In this document: one piece after another, positions 1 through 12,460 of the stretch
Position numbering within the stretch: position 1 is the stretch's first letter
Layout: each line of letters starts with the position of its first letter
DNA from: Nageia nagi
Lineage: Eukaryota; Plantae; Pinophyta
DNA: 64,000 bases
Direction of reading: 5' to 3'
Assembly: GCA_050084985.1 (NCBI GenBank)
Contig: JBITNC010000002.1
Span: 10,912,001-10,976,000, forward strand
Program-made: the position numbers and the translations under genes
The notes under the pieces: model-generated
The model's input: the letters and a program-made list of their open reading frames with translations, nothing else
Databases searched by the model: none
What the model was told of the DNA's origin: nothing

Positions 1-2199
1 TTTTACAAGTTTCCATCTATACAAATCAAACATAAGTAAACATGTCCCATATGTGCAAACCACGATCTGTAGAGGAATAAAGTTGGGGTTATTTTCTTGT
101 ATATAATTAGGCCTTCACCTGGATGCCCGCAAGGTGGAGCCCAGGTACTACCAGTCCTCAACCAGTTCACCTTGGTCAGTAATATACTCTCACAAGGAGA
201 AGTACCAACTATTTTCCAAGGATCCGATGTATCTTGGACTAGCCATTTTAATTATCTTGATTAAGGTTTTCAATTTTCCTCCTAGGTTATCAGGATAATC
301 CCTGAATGGACGTGCAGACATGTGGTATCACTACACACATGCCTATCCACCTAATAGAGTTATGTCCAATCCAACATAGGTCTTAGGGGCAATTAAGACA
401 AACTTACCACCACTTGGGTCTTTGAACTAAAAGGGCTCCAGTCTGCCCTGTCCTCACCTTATGGCTCCCCAAACAAGTCATGTTGTGGAAGAATACGTGC
501 AGATGTGTTCATTTTAGGGGTTACTTTCAATATTTGTGTTTTTGCAAGTATAAGCAAATTGTGCAAAAATATAAAGTGAAGTAAGATTGCATCATCCACA
601 TGAGCTTGAAAAACCTTAAAAAGTCCAATGGGTTTTGTACTAACCCCTAAAGGACTTTTTACATTTTGTATATTTTGCTCAATTTATTCAAGCACTTAAT
701 GAATTAAAAAAAGAACTAAGTCCTACTTAGCATTTAATTCATAACATGCATTATTCCATGACTTAAAAAAAAATTTAAGTAATCATGCATTATTTAACTC
801 AAAAAAATTAAGTCCTAAGCATGTTTTATTCTTCAAACAAGATAAAGATACATGCATCATAAGTCTAGCATGCAAGATCTAGATAAGGTTTACAAGATAA
901 AGAGACATGCATCACAAGTCTAGCATGCAAGATCTAGATAAAATTTAAGTAAAAACTTATACCAATTCCCCCCTTTTTACTTAAAGTTTTATCCCTAAAA
1001 CAAACTTGTATGCTAAGACTTGTCTTATAAGTATGCATTTTAAGTAAAAAATTCCCTTATTTACTTAAAAAAAATAGCATACTTGAGTAAACTAAACATG
1101 CAATTTTGAGTAGAATATTAGAAATATTCTAAGTACTCCTAAGTGCATTTAATGGGAGCAATTTACTTGTAAGCAAGTAAGTAAAAAAAATTAAATGCCT
1201 AAGAAGTATATGTGTGCAAGTTGTAATAGGAGACCCATACCCCTACTTCATGCAATTTTAATGCTTTGTCTACCTTAAGCAAAAAACAAAATACTCCTAA
1301 GTCAAAAAATAATTAAATGCTTTGTAGTTGTAAAATTATGACCCCCCCCCCTTTTTCTTCCACCAAGAAAAGCATACGTTGCTTTTGGAAGAGCAAAAAT
1401 GCAAATAGTCAACTAAACAAACTTAATGCATTTAAGTGCATTAAAGTGACTAAGAAGACTTACAAGAAGTTGGCATCCATCAACCTTGACCGTGGGAAGG
1501 AGGATGACCTGTATGAAGGCATTTAGAGGACAGCCTATGGAGGTGATGGTGAAGGAGGAAGAGGAGGAAGACTGCTGCGCATCGTGGCTGGCAGGAGGCT
1601 GGCCAGTTAAGGCGCACGACGGCACGTGCGTGAGGGAGGAGGAGGATTTGTTGGGGATTCCAAGGATGGAGTAAGAGTGTTATTTTTTAGCTTTACTTTT
1701 AGCCTTTAAGCCTTATACGTGATGCACCCACTAAAAAATGCATAGACCAATCCATTGATGGAAAATCCACATGCGTGCACTATGTTCCCTGGTACAGCAT
1801 CACCCACAATTTGGAGATTTTTTTATAATGGGTAGGGGATCATCTTCTTCTGATTTGGAAGAAGTGGGCTCTTCAAGTAATGTTGGAAAAGGAGAATGGC
1901 TATCTCTATGATGCTTCTCTTTCTGGAATGGGAATATGGTTAATGGAATGGTTTAGCTGGAATACGTAGGGAAATGTATTCGTTTGTGTTCGTTGCAAAT
2001 CTATAGAGGGAGGAGGTGCAACTGACGTGCGTGAGGAGGATGGTGTTTTGGATTGAATGGCCATGAAAAATGCATGCAACAAAAGACCATGGAGAAAGGC
2101 TACCGGTGAAGGAGGAGGAGCACTGAGATGAGGAGGGAGAAAGGTTGCTAGCGAGGGAGGAGGCGCAGTTGACACGCACGAGGAGGATGGGAGACACAG

Positions 2200-2475
2200 T
2201 CCTGTAGTCCATGAAACTCTATCTCCTTCATGCATCTTATCAAATAATTTGAGTATCACTACCTATTTCACCATGATCTAGCATGTAAACAGCAGTAGCA
2301 GATCCATTTGATGCATATCTTACGACCAAGATAGTTCATGCAATGCGGTCTGGAGGCCGTTGGTGAGGAGGCTATGGGGGGAGTGCAATTTGCATCATGT
2401 ATTATGTATATCCTATGAACATTTCAAGCCTTTTGGTGCATATTCATTGACTATTATAGTCCATGAGCATGCTAC
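2200..2475 (-). pseudogene. Degenerate PLS-class PPR gene fragment in Copia leader
   Basis: Motifs SWTIIVNEYAPKG (~2430-2470) and LKLFDKMHEGDRVSWTT (~2200-2255). Confidence 0.65.
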
Positions 2476-2626
2476 GAGGAGGAGGGAGAAGCTGTGTGCA
2501 TGGAGGGTTCAGAGTTCGATGAATAGTGTCAAAGAATTCGCAAACCTACAGAGGGAGGAGGGATACACGAAGGGTGGACCATGAGCTACTGGATAGACCC
2601 TTTCATGTATCCGATTTGTGCATTTC

Positions 2627-2931
2627 CTCACTTTCAGCCAATGGTCTATCCACTGATATTACAAAAAAACACCAAGTCTGCCCAAGGCACAAACTCTTTA
2701 GTTAGCCTTTATTGACGCTGGAGAATGACATTTATGCCAGGAGTATCAACAAGACTCATTTATTTTAAAAATGAAGCTGGAAGATATCATATAAAATGTC
2801 CATTTGAATGTCTTTCAAATCATTCTTCATCATCATGTCCCACCAAAGTAACAGAGGACAGTAATTTCATTTGTAGTCGGTACCACCCCTTCTTTCAAGT
2901 AGCGTTTACCAAGCATCGCATTGATCATTGT
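2627..2931 (-). pseudogene. FZL: Captured fragment of FZO-like (FZL) dynamin-related GTPase gene inside Copia leader
   Basis: Manual minus translation with two frameshifts: TMINAMLGKRYLKEGVVPTTNEITVLCY..HDDEE*FERHSNGHFI*YLPASFLK*MSLVDTPGINVILQRQ*RLTKEFVPWADLVFF/VISVDRPLAESE; matches plant FZL GTPase domain motifs as I recall them. Confidence 0.85.
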
Positions 2932-3541
2932 AATTTTTGAACAATATATTTTTGAACAAATTTTAAAGTAAACATAAATGAAGGTTCATTTATTTTTGCA
3001 AAAAAAATTTAAAAAAATTACCTCTAGAAATTATTTCCCTCTATTTGCATTAAAATTTTGCAAAAAATAAGACAATTTAGAGAAGAAATAAAGTATTATG
3101 TAACTATTACACCTTGGCAATGCTTGTAATAGAGTTATTGATCAATACTACTAACAAACAAAATGTTAGTAAAAATACTTGCATTGCATATTATCCTCTT
3201 AAAAAATATATATCATATATTAAGCATTTTTGTAAAAAAATGCTACTAACATAAGAGGTTAGCAAAAAAATGCTTGCATTGCCAATTTTGATCATATTTT
3301 TCAAAAAATAAGCTCTAATATCTCACAAAATATGTTAGTATCTAATGCAATAATCCATTAAGATAACCAAATGAGGAGGAAATTTATACCTTCTCTTAAA
3401 ATTTACCTCACCAATGGGGTGTAAGATGAGGAATGAAGAAGGATGAAGAACCTCCAAAAATGTAGAAGAAGAGCTTCCACACCAAAGGAATGAAGAAGGA
3501 TGAAGAACCTTCAAGATGTAGAAGAAGAGCTTCCACACCAA

Positions 3542-3553
3542 GCTCTGATACCA
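3542..3553 (-). promoter_or_regulatory. Primer binding site (tRNA-iMet)
   Basis: Plus GCTCTGATACCA = TGGTATCAGAGC on minus, the canonical Met PBS. Confidence 0.95.
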
Positions 3554-3555
3554 AT

Positions 3556-4016
3556 TGAGAGAATTAGCACTACTCTAATCCTCAAGGTCCAAGACTAGGA
3601 AGCTCAATCACACAAGATAACACAAGTGTAATGTGGTTCCTCCCTCCTTGGGAGTACATCCACAACTAGTATCTCAATTCTCAAGTATGCCTCTCTTACA
3701 ATTATTCTCTTCCTCTCTCCTACACAAACTAGTAGAGTATTCTTACTCCAAAACTTAGATATGTTACAAGAGGAGAGGCCCTCTATTTATAGCTTGAGAG
3801 CACCTCCCTAACCTCCCTTTAACCAAAGGGTAAGGTTAGGGTTACAATAAATGTGTGACCTAACTTTAACCTACCAACTAACCCCATGGTTAGGTCAAAG
3901 TCCACACATAATAAAGAATTCAATTAATCCCTTAATGTATCTACATATCCTTTAAGTGATTAATTGAACTTACAAGGAGTTTAGATATTCATAATATTTC
4001 ATTACAAATTCTAACA
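3556..4016 (-). repeat. 5' LTR (~461 bp)
   Basis: Minus strand begins TGTTAG and ends CA 2 nt before the PBS; TATA-like CTATAAATAGAG at ~3781-3792; shares GTGGTT..GGGAGTACATCCAC-like motif with LTRs at 6903, 26765 and ~62900. Confidence 0.85.
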
Positions 4017-4577
4017 ATATGTAATCATTAATACATGCATGGTATGAATTATTCTCGACCCCTACATCTTTCATAATGTCATGTGCTTTTTTGCATGAAT
4101 CTAGGATGACATTATCACTTGGAAATAACTTTTATTTTAGTAACCTATAATACAAATTAAAAATAATTTATGTAGTTAATTTCATTAAATTAAATTGAAA
4201 TATCATAAAACAAAATAAAATTCAAACCTTAGTAGAGAAGTGAAACTTGTATCTAACCATCCATATTTGGCTTTTATGTTCATTAGAAGTAGGATTGTTA
4301 ATAATACAATTATGTTTATTCCTTCATATAATTTAGTTTTGGAAGCACTAGACATGTTATCCCTTTCTAAATCATCATCTCTTTCATCACCATCTCTTTC
4401 TTCATCATCAACATGAACATAGAGGGACTTAAGTAAATTATTAATTCCATTTTCTTCATCAACATTATTATCAACATCATCATCATGACCAATATTATCC
4501 TCTCTTAATTCATCATCATCAGTTCTTGAATTCCACAAAGGTATTTGAATAGGAGCTATTAGATTTGGTTTAGACAT
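4017..4577 (-). pseudogene. CACTA Tnp2/TnpD transposase N-terminal exons (degenerate)
   Basis: KLYEG..LLLMNIKAKYGWLDTSFTSLL, short intron, then KLFPSDNVILDSCKKAHDIMKDVGVENNSYHACIND; typical En/Spm motifs, cut at 4017 by the LTR. Confidence 0.85.
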
Positions 4578-6003
4578 AAACTTTGCATATTGCTCAGGGG
4601 TCCATGTTTTTCATAGTATCTTTTTATCTTTCCTACTTACATTATTTTGATGCAATGTTGGTGTAATAGTTATCATTCTTGATTGGTCACATTGACTATA
4701 TCTTGCCTATAAAATAAGTTGTTACAAACCATTAATTCAGAATTAAAAAAAATAAGTTCCAAACATATAATTTGAATATACATCCATACAAATTGATACA
4801 TCCATACCTCATATAACAAATTGATACATCCAAACATATAATGCATTATCCATACATAAAATCGAAATATCCATTCATACACATCACTAAATCATTAATT
4901 TTTATTTTTATTTTTGGGTTTAGGTCCTGGAAAAATTATTACATTTTTATCATCTCCTAACTCCAAAGTTCATGCCTTATGTGCTAGAGTAGGTGTCCTA
5001 TAACTATAATGAGCTAGTAGCTTATAACTAGTTTCAATGGGAACAAAAACTATATAATTATTCATTTGTATACCTGTGAATTCTTCTTTATCATCAGTAC
5101 ATTGGTGGAATTTACAATTTGGTGCCCATTCTTCACCTACACAACTATTTATGTATCCAACTATGTTTCCTTATATGTGTGGTTAACCATCAATGTATAA
5201 GCATTCTAACTACTATGGAAGTGGAATATTGGAAGCATTTGCACATAATCCATATGTGGACATACTGTACATATATCTCACTAATTATCTCTAAACTGCT
5301 GCTATGTAAATTAGCCCACAAAATGGCATCAATGGCTCTATCTCGAAACTTGGAGTAACAACCATAGTACTATGTATAAATAAACCATATCCAAAGCATA
5401 TTTTAGATGGTTTGATCATGTATCAATGACCACAATAAAATAAGATCTCATAAGCCTTAGAAAATGTTATTTCAGCTGACCATGCACCGTATTCCCCATG
5501 ATTTTATGTATATTGATATTTAAGTTGTAGCTTTGGTGGCATGCACATCAAACCCAAATCATGAACATCCTCCTCTGGTAGATCAAATGGTTGCTCAGGT
5601 GCATGCTTTGCTAATTGATCATGAAGCCACTTCTAAAATCTTATTCCTGTAGGCATCTCTCTAACTTCATCTATCAATGGACCTACACATTATTTTGGCT
5701 TCATCTTCTAGATCTAAATATTGATTTTATTTAGTTTTATTTGATATCATTCAATATATAAGAATACAAAAATAAAATGAAATATTGATCAATTGATTAC
5801 CTCATGAGCATCATCATCTTTTGATGATGATGATGAATCATTGATCCTTTGCACATTTTATTTCTGCAACATTAGCAATAAACTAAAGTTAAATATTACA
5901 AATAATATCATGCATGAAAGTGATAATTTAGATGATATTTTCTTTTTAACTACATCTTACATAATAATATAACATTTATGTTACCTCATCATCATATTAT
6001 AAA

Positions 6004-6200
6004 ACATCACTCCTCATGGGACATATAGGAAATATCTCAAGCTCTGAAATATCAAATGATACATCACTCCTTGGCCTCCTAATAACTAGTGCAAGCAACT
6101 TCTCTAAATTAGATGACACATCACTCCTTAGCCTCTTAGTAACTGGTGTAGGTAACTCCTCTAAATCAAATGACACATCACTATTCAACCTCCTAAAAAC
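6004..6200. repeat. 57-bp tandem repeat (~3.5 copies)
   Basis: ACATCACT recurs at 6004, 6061, 6118 and 6175; minus-strand ORF gives a 19-aa RRLRSDVSFDLEEL-type repeat. Confidence 0.85.
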
Positions 6201-6527
6201 TGTCTGATGCTGAGGTAATGGCATTTGAATATCTGAATCTGATGATAAATAACTCTCTCCTCCTTAGTGGCATTATATAAGCTAATTAGTCATTAACTTA
6301 TTTTACAATTTAAAGAAAAAAGAGATTAGTACATGAATAATAATAATATATAAATATTTCAATCTTAGAATTAGAATATTAAAGATTAAGTAAAATATAA
6401 AATGATCATATACAAGAGTAATAATAATAATCTATAAATTTTTTCAACTACAAATATAAAATGATCATATACATTATATGCAATAGAAGAGACATCATCA
6501 ATCAAAATTCTTTTAGGAGTTATCATT

Positions 6528-7845
6528 AACTAACCAAACCCTAACCCTACCCATTAACCATAACCCTAACCACTAAGTACCCTAACACTAATGCTAACCT
6601 CAACACTAACCCTAATCCTAATTGCAACTCCTAACCATTAATGCTAATCGACATAAACACTAAGCCTAACCCTAACCCTAATGCTAACCCTAACCATACC
6701 CTTGACTAGTTTTAACCTTAATGCTAACCATAATCTAACCTTAACGCTAACCCTAACAATAATCCTAACCACTAATAACCCAAACCATTAGCACTAACAC
6801 TAACTGACCTAATGCTAACCCTAACCTTAACCCTAACGCCTAACCATTAACACTAACACTAACCATAATGCTAAACCTAACCTAACCACTAACCCTAACT
6901 ATTGGAATGTATAATGCATTATTGTAAAGGTTTGTATTAATCCTCTTTGTAAATTTATTAATACTTAAGGGTATCATTATATAACTTAAGTATTTAAGTG
7001 AATATGATAATGTAACTTGTCCTACACTCCATGTCATGAGCATGTCCCTTAGGTAAAAGGGAGTTGCATGTCATGCCTTTGTACATTGGCTAAAAGGGTG
7101 ATCCAAAGAGGGATTTTAGCCTATAAATAAAAGGCTCCCTCTTTGTAATCACACACCAATTTGTGAAGTAAAGTTATGCTAGAGTATAGTGTTTAGGAGA
7201 TGAGATTAAGAGAATTGTAAGAGTTCTTATTTGTGAATTAAGAGAGATCTAGTTAGTGGATGTACTCCTAGTTGGAGGAACCACTTATATATTGTGTTAT
7301 CTTTGTGAGTTTGTTAAATATGATTTGTGAGCTTACATAGGATCTTGGGATTTTAGATTTGTTTATGTTATAGTTCAATTTTCACACTAACCACTAGCTA
7401 AGTACCCTAACTCTAACTTTAACCTTAACCCAAACCATTAACACTAACCCTAAACACTAAGCCTAACCCTAACCTTGAGAACTAAGTACCCTAACACTAA
7501 TTCTAACCTTAACACTAACTTTAAACCTAACCCTAACTCTTAGCCATTAACACTGACCCTAAACACTAACCCTAATGCTAACCCTAACCATAACCCTGAC
7601 TCTAACCTTAATGCTAACCCTAATAGTAACCCTAACCACTAATAACCCAAATCATTAACACTAACACTAACCCTAATACTAACCCTAACCTAACCACTAA
7701 CCCTAATGCTAACCCTAACCACTAATTACATACCCTAACTTTAACTCTAACCCTAACCCTACCCACTAACCATAACCTTGACCATTAAGTACCCTAACGC
7801 TAATGCTAACCTTAACACTAACCCTAACCCTAACTAGTAACCTAA
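6528..7845 (+). repeat. Degenerate telomere-like (CCCTAA)n hexamer array, split by a solo LTR
   Basis: Runs of CCCTAA/CACTAA/TGCTAA/CCATAA at 6528-6900 and 7387-7845. Confidence 0.9.
6903..7386 (+). mobile_element. Solo LTR, same family as LTR 26765-27263
   Basis: TGGAATGTATAATGCATTATTGTAAAGG...GTTATAGTTCAATTTTCACA aligns with the reverse complement of 26765-27263; TATA CCTATAAATA ~7120; no clean TSD. Confidence 0.85.
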
Positions 7846-10044
7846 AGAATAATGATTTTAAATTTTTTTTTTTTTATTTTTTCTATTTAGATGCAAAAAA
7901 GGATGCAAATTTGCATCAAATTACATCAAAAATCATAAAATATTAAAAGTAGGGCCACCTGTTACTTCCCCAATCACTTTCCCCAGACCCATTTGGTCAT
8001 AGAAGATACAAAATTAGATTTCCAATGGGAGAGCACCAAGTAAGTTTACTTCTAACTAATTTCATTCAATTCTAACTCAATTTATACTTGATTTCACTTG
8101 ATTCTAACTTCTTTTTCATTTTTGGCATGTTTTCTCATAGTGTTTTCCATTTTGTGGGAGAAGAAAGGGTTTCTTGCAAATTGCTTTGCATCATTCCTAA
8201 TTATCACAAGGTATGTACATTCTTACTTGCATGTTTCAATTTCCCATGAATTTACACTAAAAAAACTAGGTTTTTTGGACTTCTTATGATTTTACACTGC
8301 AAAATGAGGGTTTTTAAAATTCTCTCTAAATTTTGATTGTATACTATTAATAATGCATGCTAAAATCAAAATTTAATTTCATATACTAGGTTTTTCCAAA
8401 TTCCCCATAAATTTTTTGAATTCCACATAAAGTTAATTCTATATGCTAGGGTTTTTTGAATTTCTCATCAATAATGCAACAAAAAAAATTAAAAATGCAC
8501 CAAGAAATTGAAACAAATTCTCTACATTGCACCATAAAATGAAATTCTAGAAAAAATAGGGACATACCTATGAAAATATTAACTCTAGAACTCTTCCTTG
8601 TTCTCCAAAAACTTTTTTTTGCTACCAATTTCTGAAACTCTTCTTATGTTCTAAGAAGTTGCTTCTTAGAACTAAGAATTTCATAAAACTTGCTTCTTAT
8701 GTTCTAAGAAGTTACTTCCTAAATTAAATAGAATTTATTAAATTTAGTTAATACTGGCCTAAAACTTGTTAATGAAGCATCTTTTCAAAAATTTACCTTT
8801 TAAATTGATTATTTTGCTAGTAAGATTTTCAATTTATATCATGTAGAATTCCATTGAACTTATTTGCAATAATTTAGTTGAATTTTTAATGAAGTATTCA
8901 AATTAACTTTGGTTAAATATTATGAAAAGATTTTTAAAGAATCAATTCTAACTTAGTGTGGATTGCATCTTTTGCAACCATTAATACTACTAATTCCTCT
9001 CATGCTCAAGATAAAAAGCTACAATGTAAGTCATATGATCATTAAGGATGGATATTTGTGACACAAAATAGTAAATAACCAATAATAAAAATGTCCACAC
9101 ATAATATGAAATAAGTATTTATAGCACTAAAACTGAAATATAGGTAAACATCCACTTCAAACTTGAGTTTTGCTTAATATATATTGACCAACAAAATGAT
9201 ATGTAATCATAGTAGGCTAGAGTGTTACTATCTCTAATGGATATTCAATTTAAAATATAACCTCAATAATCTCTAAAAATCTTACTAATCAACTTCTATA
9301 AGATCTCTAATATTCTCTAGCCTCAACAACAACTAAAAAATTACTAAAAATTATCAACAACCCTTCCACTTGCTTTCCCATGAAGTTTTAGCTTTTATTC
9401 ATCTATCTTGTTGAAGAAATGACATCGTACAATTTGTGTTCTAGCAAGATATCTATTAGCTAGGGCCCTTGCACCATTTTATAGTAGGTGTTTCCAAATA
9501 CCTTATATTTGTAATAAAAACATAAATTGTCAAAGATAAGGATAACCATTGTATAATTATGTAGGATACGAAAGGAACCATCATGCTCCTCATCATTTCC
9601 AAGTTAAGCAAGTCAATCTATTAAGGCCCTTGCACCATTCTCTAGTAGGTGTTTGCAAATGCCTTATATTTGGATCATCCTACACATTTGTGTGCCTATG
9701 ATGTTATTTAGTAATTAAATGATGTTATATATTAACTAGTAATGTATTTTAATGTTATTTAGTAAATATTGATGTTATATCTCTAATTTTGTCTACTTTC
9801 TTCTAGTGATCACCATTTACCACATATCAAGATCAAAAAGAAGGGTGATAAAGATAAAAATAAGGGAAAAATAAAATCAAATGAAAATGATACAAAAAAA
9901 GAGAAAGATTACATTGCAAAAATTTAAAAAACACTTGTAAGTATCCATATGTATTATGTAATGTCAACGCAGTTTTAAATATGCTATATATATTTCATTA
10001 AGTAGGAAATGTAATCACTTATTTTTTTAATTTATTGAATATAC

Positions 10045-11686
10045 AAAGAAGTTAAGAAGGGTTTTTGCATATGCTAAACATATGTTTAGCAAAGATGAGT
10101 TGATGTCATTTGTTGGGGGTGACAAGGCTATAAAAGCATCGTAGAGACCTGACATCACTCGTTTAGGTGAATATTTATAATTAATTACTTAATTTATTAA
10201 GAAGTAATACAAAATTATTCTAATTTATATTTTGAAGCATAATTTCAATCAGTTTCCATGCAATATATGATTTTAGAAAAGTTGGTCAATCAACAATCCT
10301 TGTTGATGACTCATGGCTCCAGAAATCTTCAAATTTTTGTGAGGAAGAATAGAGAGGTCCTAAAAGAAGAAAATGGTAATAGTTTTTGTTTTAAAAAAAT
10401 AAATTTACATATTTATTAGAAGAATATTGATCATTTACTAATATGATTTTGACTATTTTTCAAGTAAACTATTCTACAAATCTCTTCAGAATGCTGCAAT
10501 AGAAGAATCTGCAAAAACCCTTGATAGACCATGGAAGAAATAATATGATTTTGGTATGTTTTTATTTTCATTTTTTGAATCATTTTTTGGTATGTATGTT
10601 TTGCTTTTGTTAATTTAATATTTCAAGAGACTAAAACTCATTTGTTATTATTTGTGTTTTTGCAGCAAAAAAAAGAATAATAACAAAATTGAGACATGAA
10701 TTTGGTGAAGGGTGGAGCGAAAAGAAAGCACTCTAGCAAGCAAGCTTGAATATAAAAAGGGTTAGAGATCATATTAGATAAAAAGTGATGAAACTTCCCT
10801 CTGACCAAAGAAACCTAGCACAAAAACTAGTTGATGTGCATAAGAAGGTATAGATCAATATTATCATATCCATTTATTATTTGAACTTGATTAATTGATT
10901 ATTTTAACATAATACCAATTAATTATTCCATAATAAGGTTTGAAATATGCTACTTAAGAAAGTAGATGGGGAAGAAAAAAGGAAAGTGTAATGCTTGGAG
11001 ATGCCATAAGAAAAAGCATTGAAGTCTTGACTTGCCAAATTGGGATGTAGTATTATGCATCAAGTGGGAAGTGGAGGGGTAAAGACTATGGAAGCCTAAT
11101 TTGTAAGTATATTTACTACATGCAGTGATTTTCAATGACATAGCTAAGTAAATGATTTTTAATATAGTATTAATTAACGTTTTTTATAGTTGAGAGATTT
11201 CAATCGATTTCTTGATGAGAATGAATGCCAATATGGCATCACGTATAATTACCAAGCCCTAAGGGACATGCTGAATGCTGGTATAAGTAATTTTAATTAT
11301 TTTAATTAATAAAGATATATCATGAATTTATTGTAGGTGATGCATATGTTTTATAAGTGTGATTGTATATACACTAATATTTATTTTCTTATTATTTACA
11401 GGCAGGTACTACATCGTAAGGGTGGGGTGCATCGTAGGTAGGTGCATCAAATGAGGGTGATTCACCATCTATTCAAGATATGAGATCTAATGATTTATTT
11501 GAGGATGATTCAACATGTACTAGAAGGGTATATAGTGAGCCAGCATGTCAACCAGGGTGTAAACATTATAATGGGTCAGGTAGTGGCTCAAGTAGTGAGT
11601 TAGGTGGTAATCAATTAGGTGGTCATGGTAGTGAGTTTGAAGGTACTGAGTTTGGATTTGATGATGATGTTAATATTGAGGATTAG
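10045..11686 (+). pseudogene. Degenerate multi-exon ORF inside CACTA (putative TnpA/TNP1-like second gene)
   Basis: About 7 exon-like blocks bounded by AG/GT with short AT-rich introns (e.g. ~10665-10848 QKKRIITKLRHEFGEGWSEKKAL*); acidic/Gly-Ser last exon; in-frame stops. Confidence 0.5.
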
Positions 11687-12460
11687 AGCTGTCCTATCAT
11701 TTTGTACTCATGATGTAGATAGTACCGATATTGTATCATTTTTTAGAAATCATGTGGATGTATTCACATAGACCTATATATCATTTTGATGTATTTTTAT
11801 GTATAGATGTATATCATCTATATGTATGTTATTTAGATATATTTTGATGTGAATGTTATCATGGTTTCATCAAGCCATATATTGGCATATAGATTTTAGC
11901 ATAATTTATCATGTTTTTATGAAATGTTATTGACATATTATTTTGGCAATGATCACGCATTGAAATAGGTGCAACATACGATTTGGGAATTATTTTTCCA
12001 TATGATTGATGAAATAGGCATATTATTTTTACGTACAATTTACATTTGAATGGAAATGGAAATAGTATTAATAAATATTATGAATCAATTTTTTTTTACA
12101 ATTTTCAAATAAAAATGATTCAATTTTCAAAGCAAAAAGAGATGTAAATAGATAAAAAACAATGTAAAAAATGAACCTTTTGGACTCACAAATCAACATA
12201 ATTTTAGACCTTATAAGATGCAAAAAATGATGTAATTTATAATACCTTAAGATGCAAAAAATGATGCAAAAATCAACCCTTTAATATGCAAAAATAGACA
12301 CATTTTAGATGCAAAAAAAGATGTAAAAAGTGTCACAAAAATTATTCAAAAAAGGATGCAATTTTCAACTTACCATTTGCATAATTTTTTGCATCAAAAA
12401 AGTGGGAAAATCCAAAAAAAACACTAGTTTTGGATGCAAATGCCCTTTTTGGTAGTAGTG

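Larger units (their letters stand above)
1..4016 (-). mobile_element. Copia LTR retrotransposon, 5' part (LTR, PBS, long leader); continues beyond window start
   Basis: LTR 3556-4016 with TG...CA ends; tRNA-Met PBS at 3542-3553; leader blocks ~80-660 and ~3240-3553 are homologous to ~24280-24880 and ~26500-26762 of the Copia that has gag at 23138-24070. Confidence 0.85.
4017..12460. mobile_element. CACTA (En/Spm) DNA transposon, right part; interrupted on the left by the Copia
   Basis: Terminus GTAGTAGTG at 12452-12460 (reverse complement CACTACTAC); many GATGCAAAAA subterminal repeats 12210-12440; Tnp2-type transposase at 4017-4577. Confidence 0.75.

Noticed and set aside
1906-2200. Pro/Ser-rich ORF portion
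   Set aside because: Arises from CT-rich leader repeats; only the N-terminal PPR motif is credible
6528-7845. True chromosome end or CRISPR-like array
   Set aside because: Internal, degenerate, flanked by TE sequence; no repeat-spacer structure
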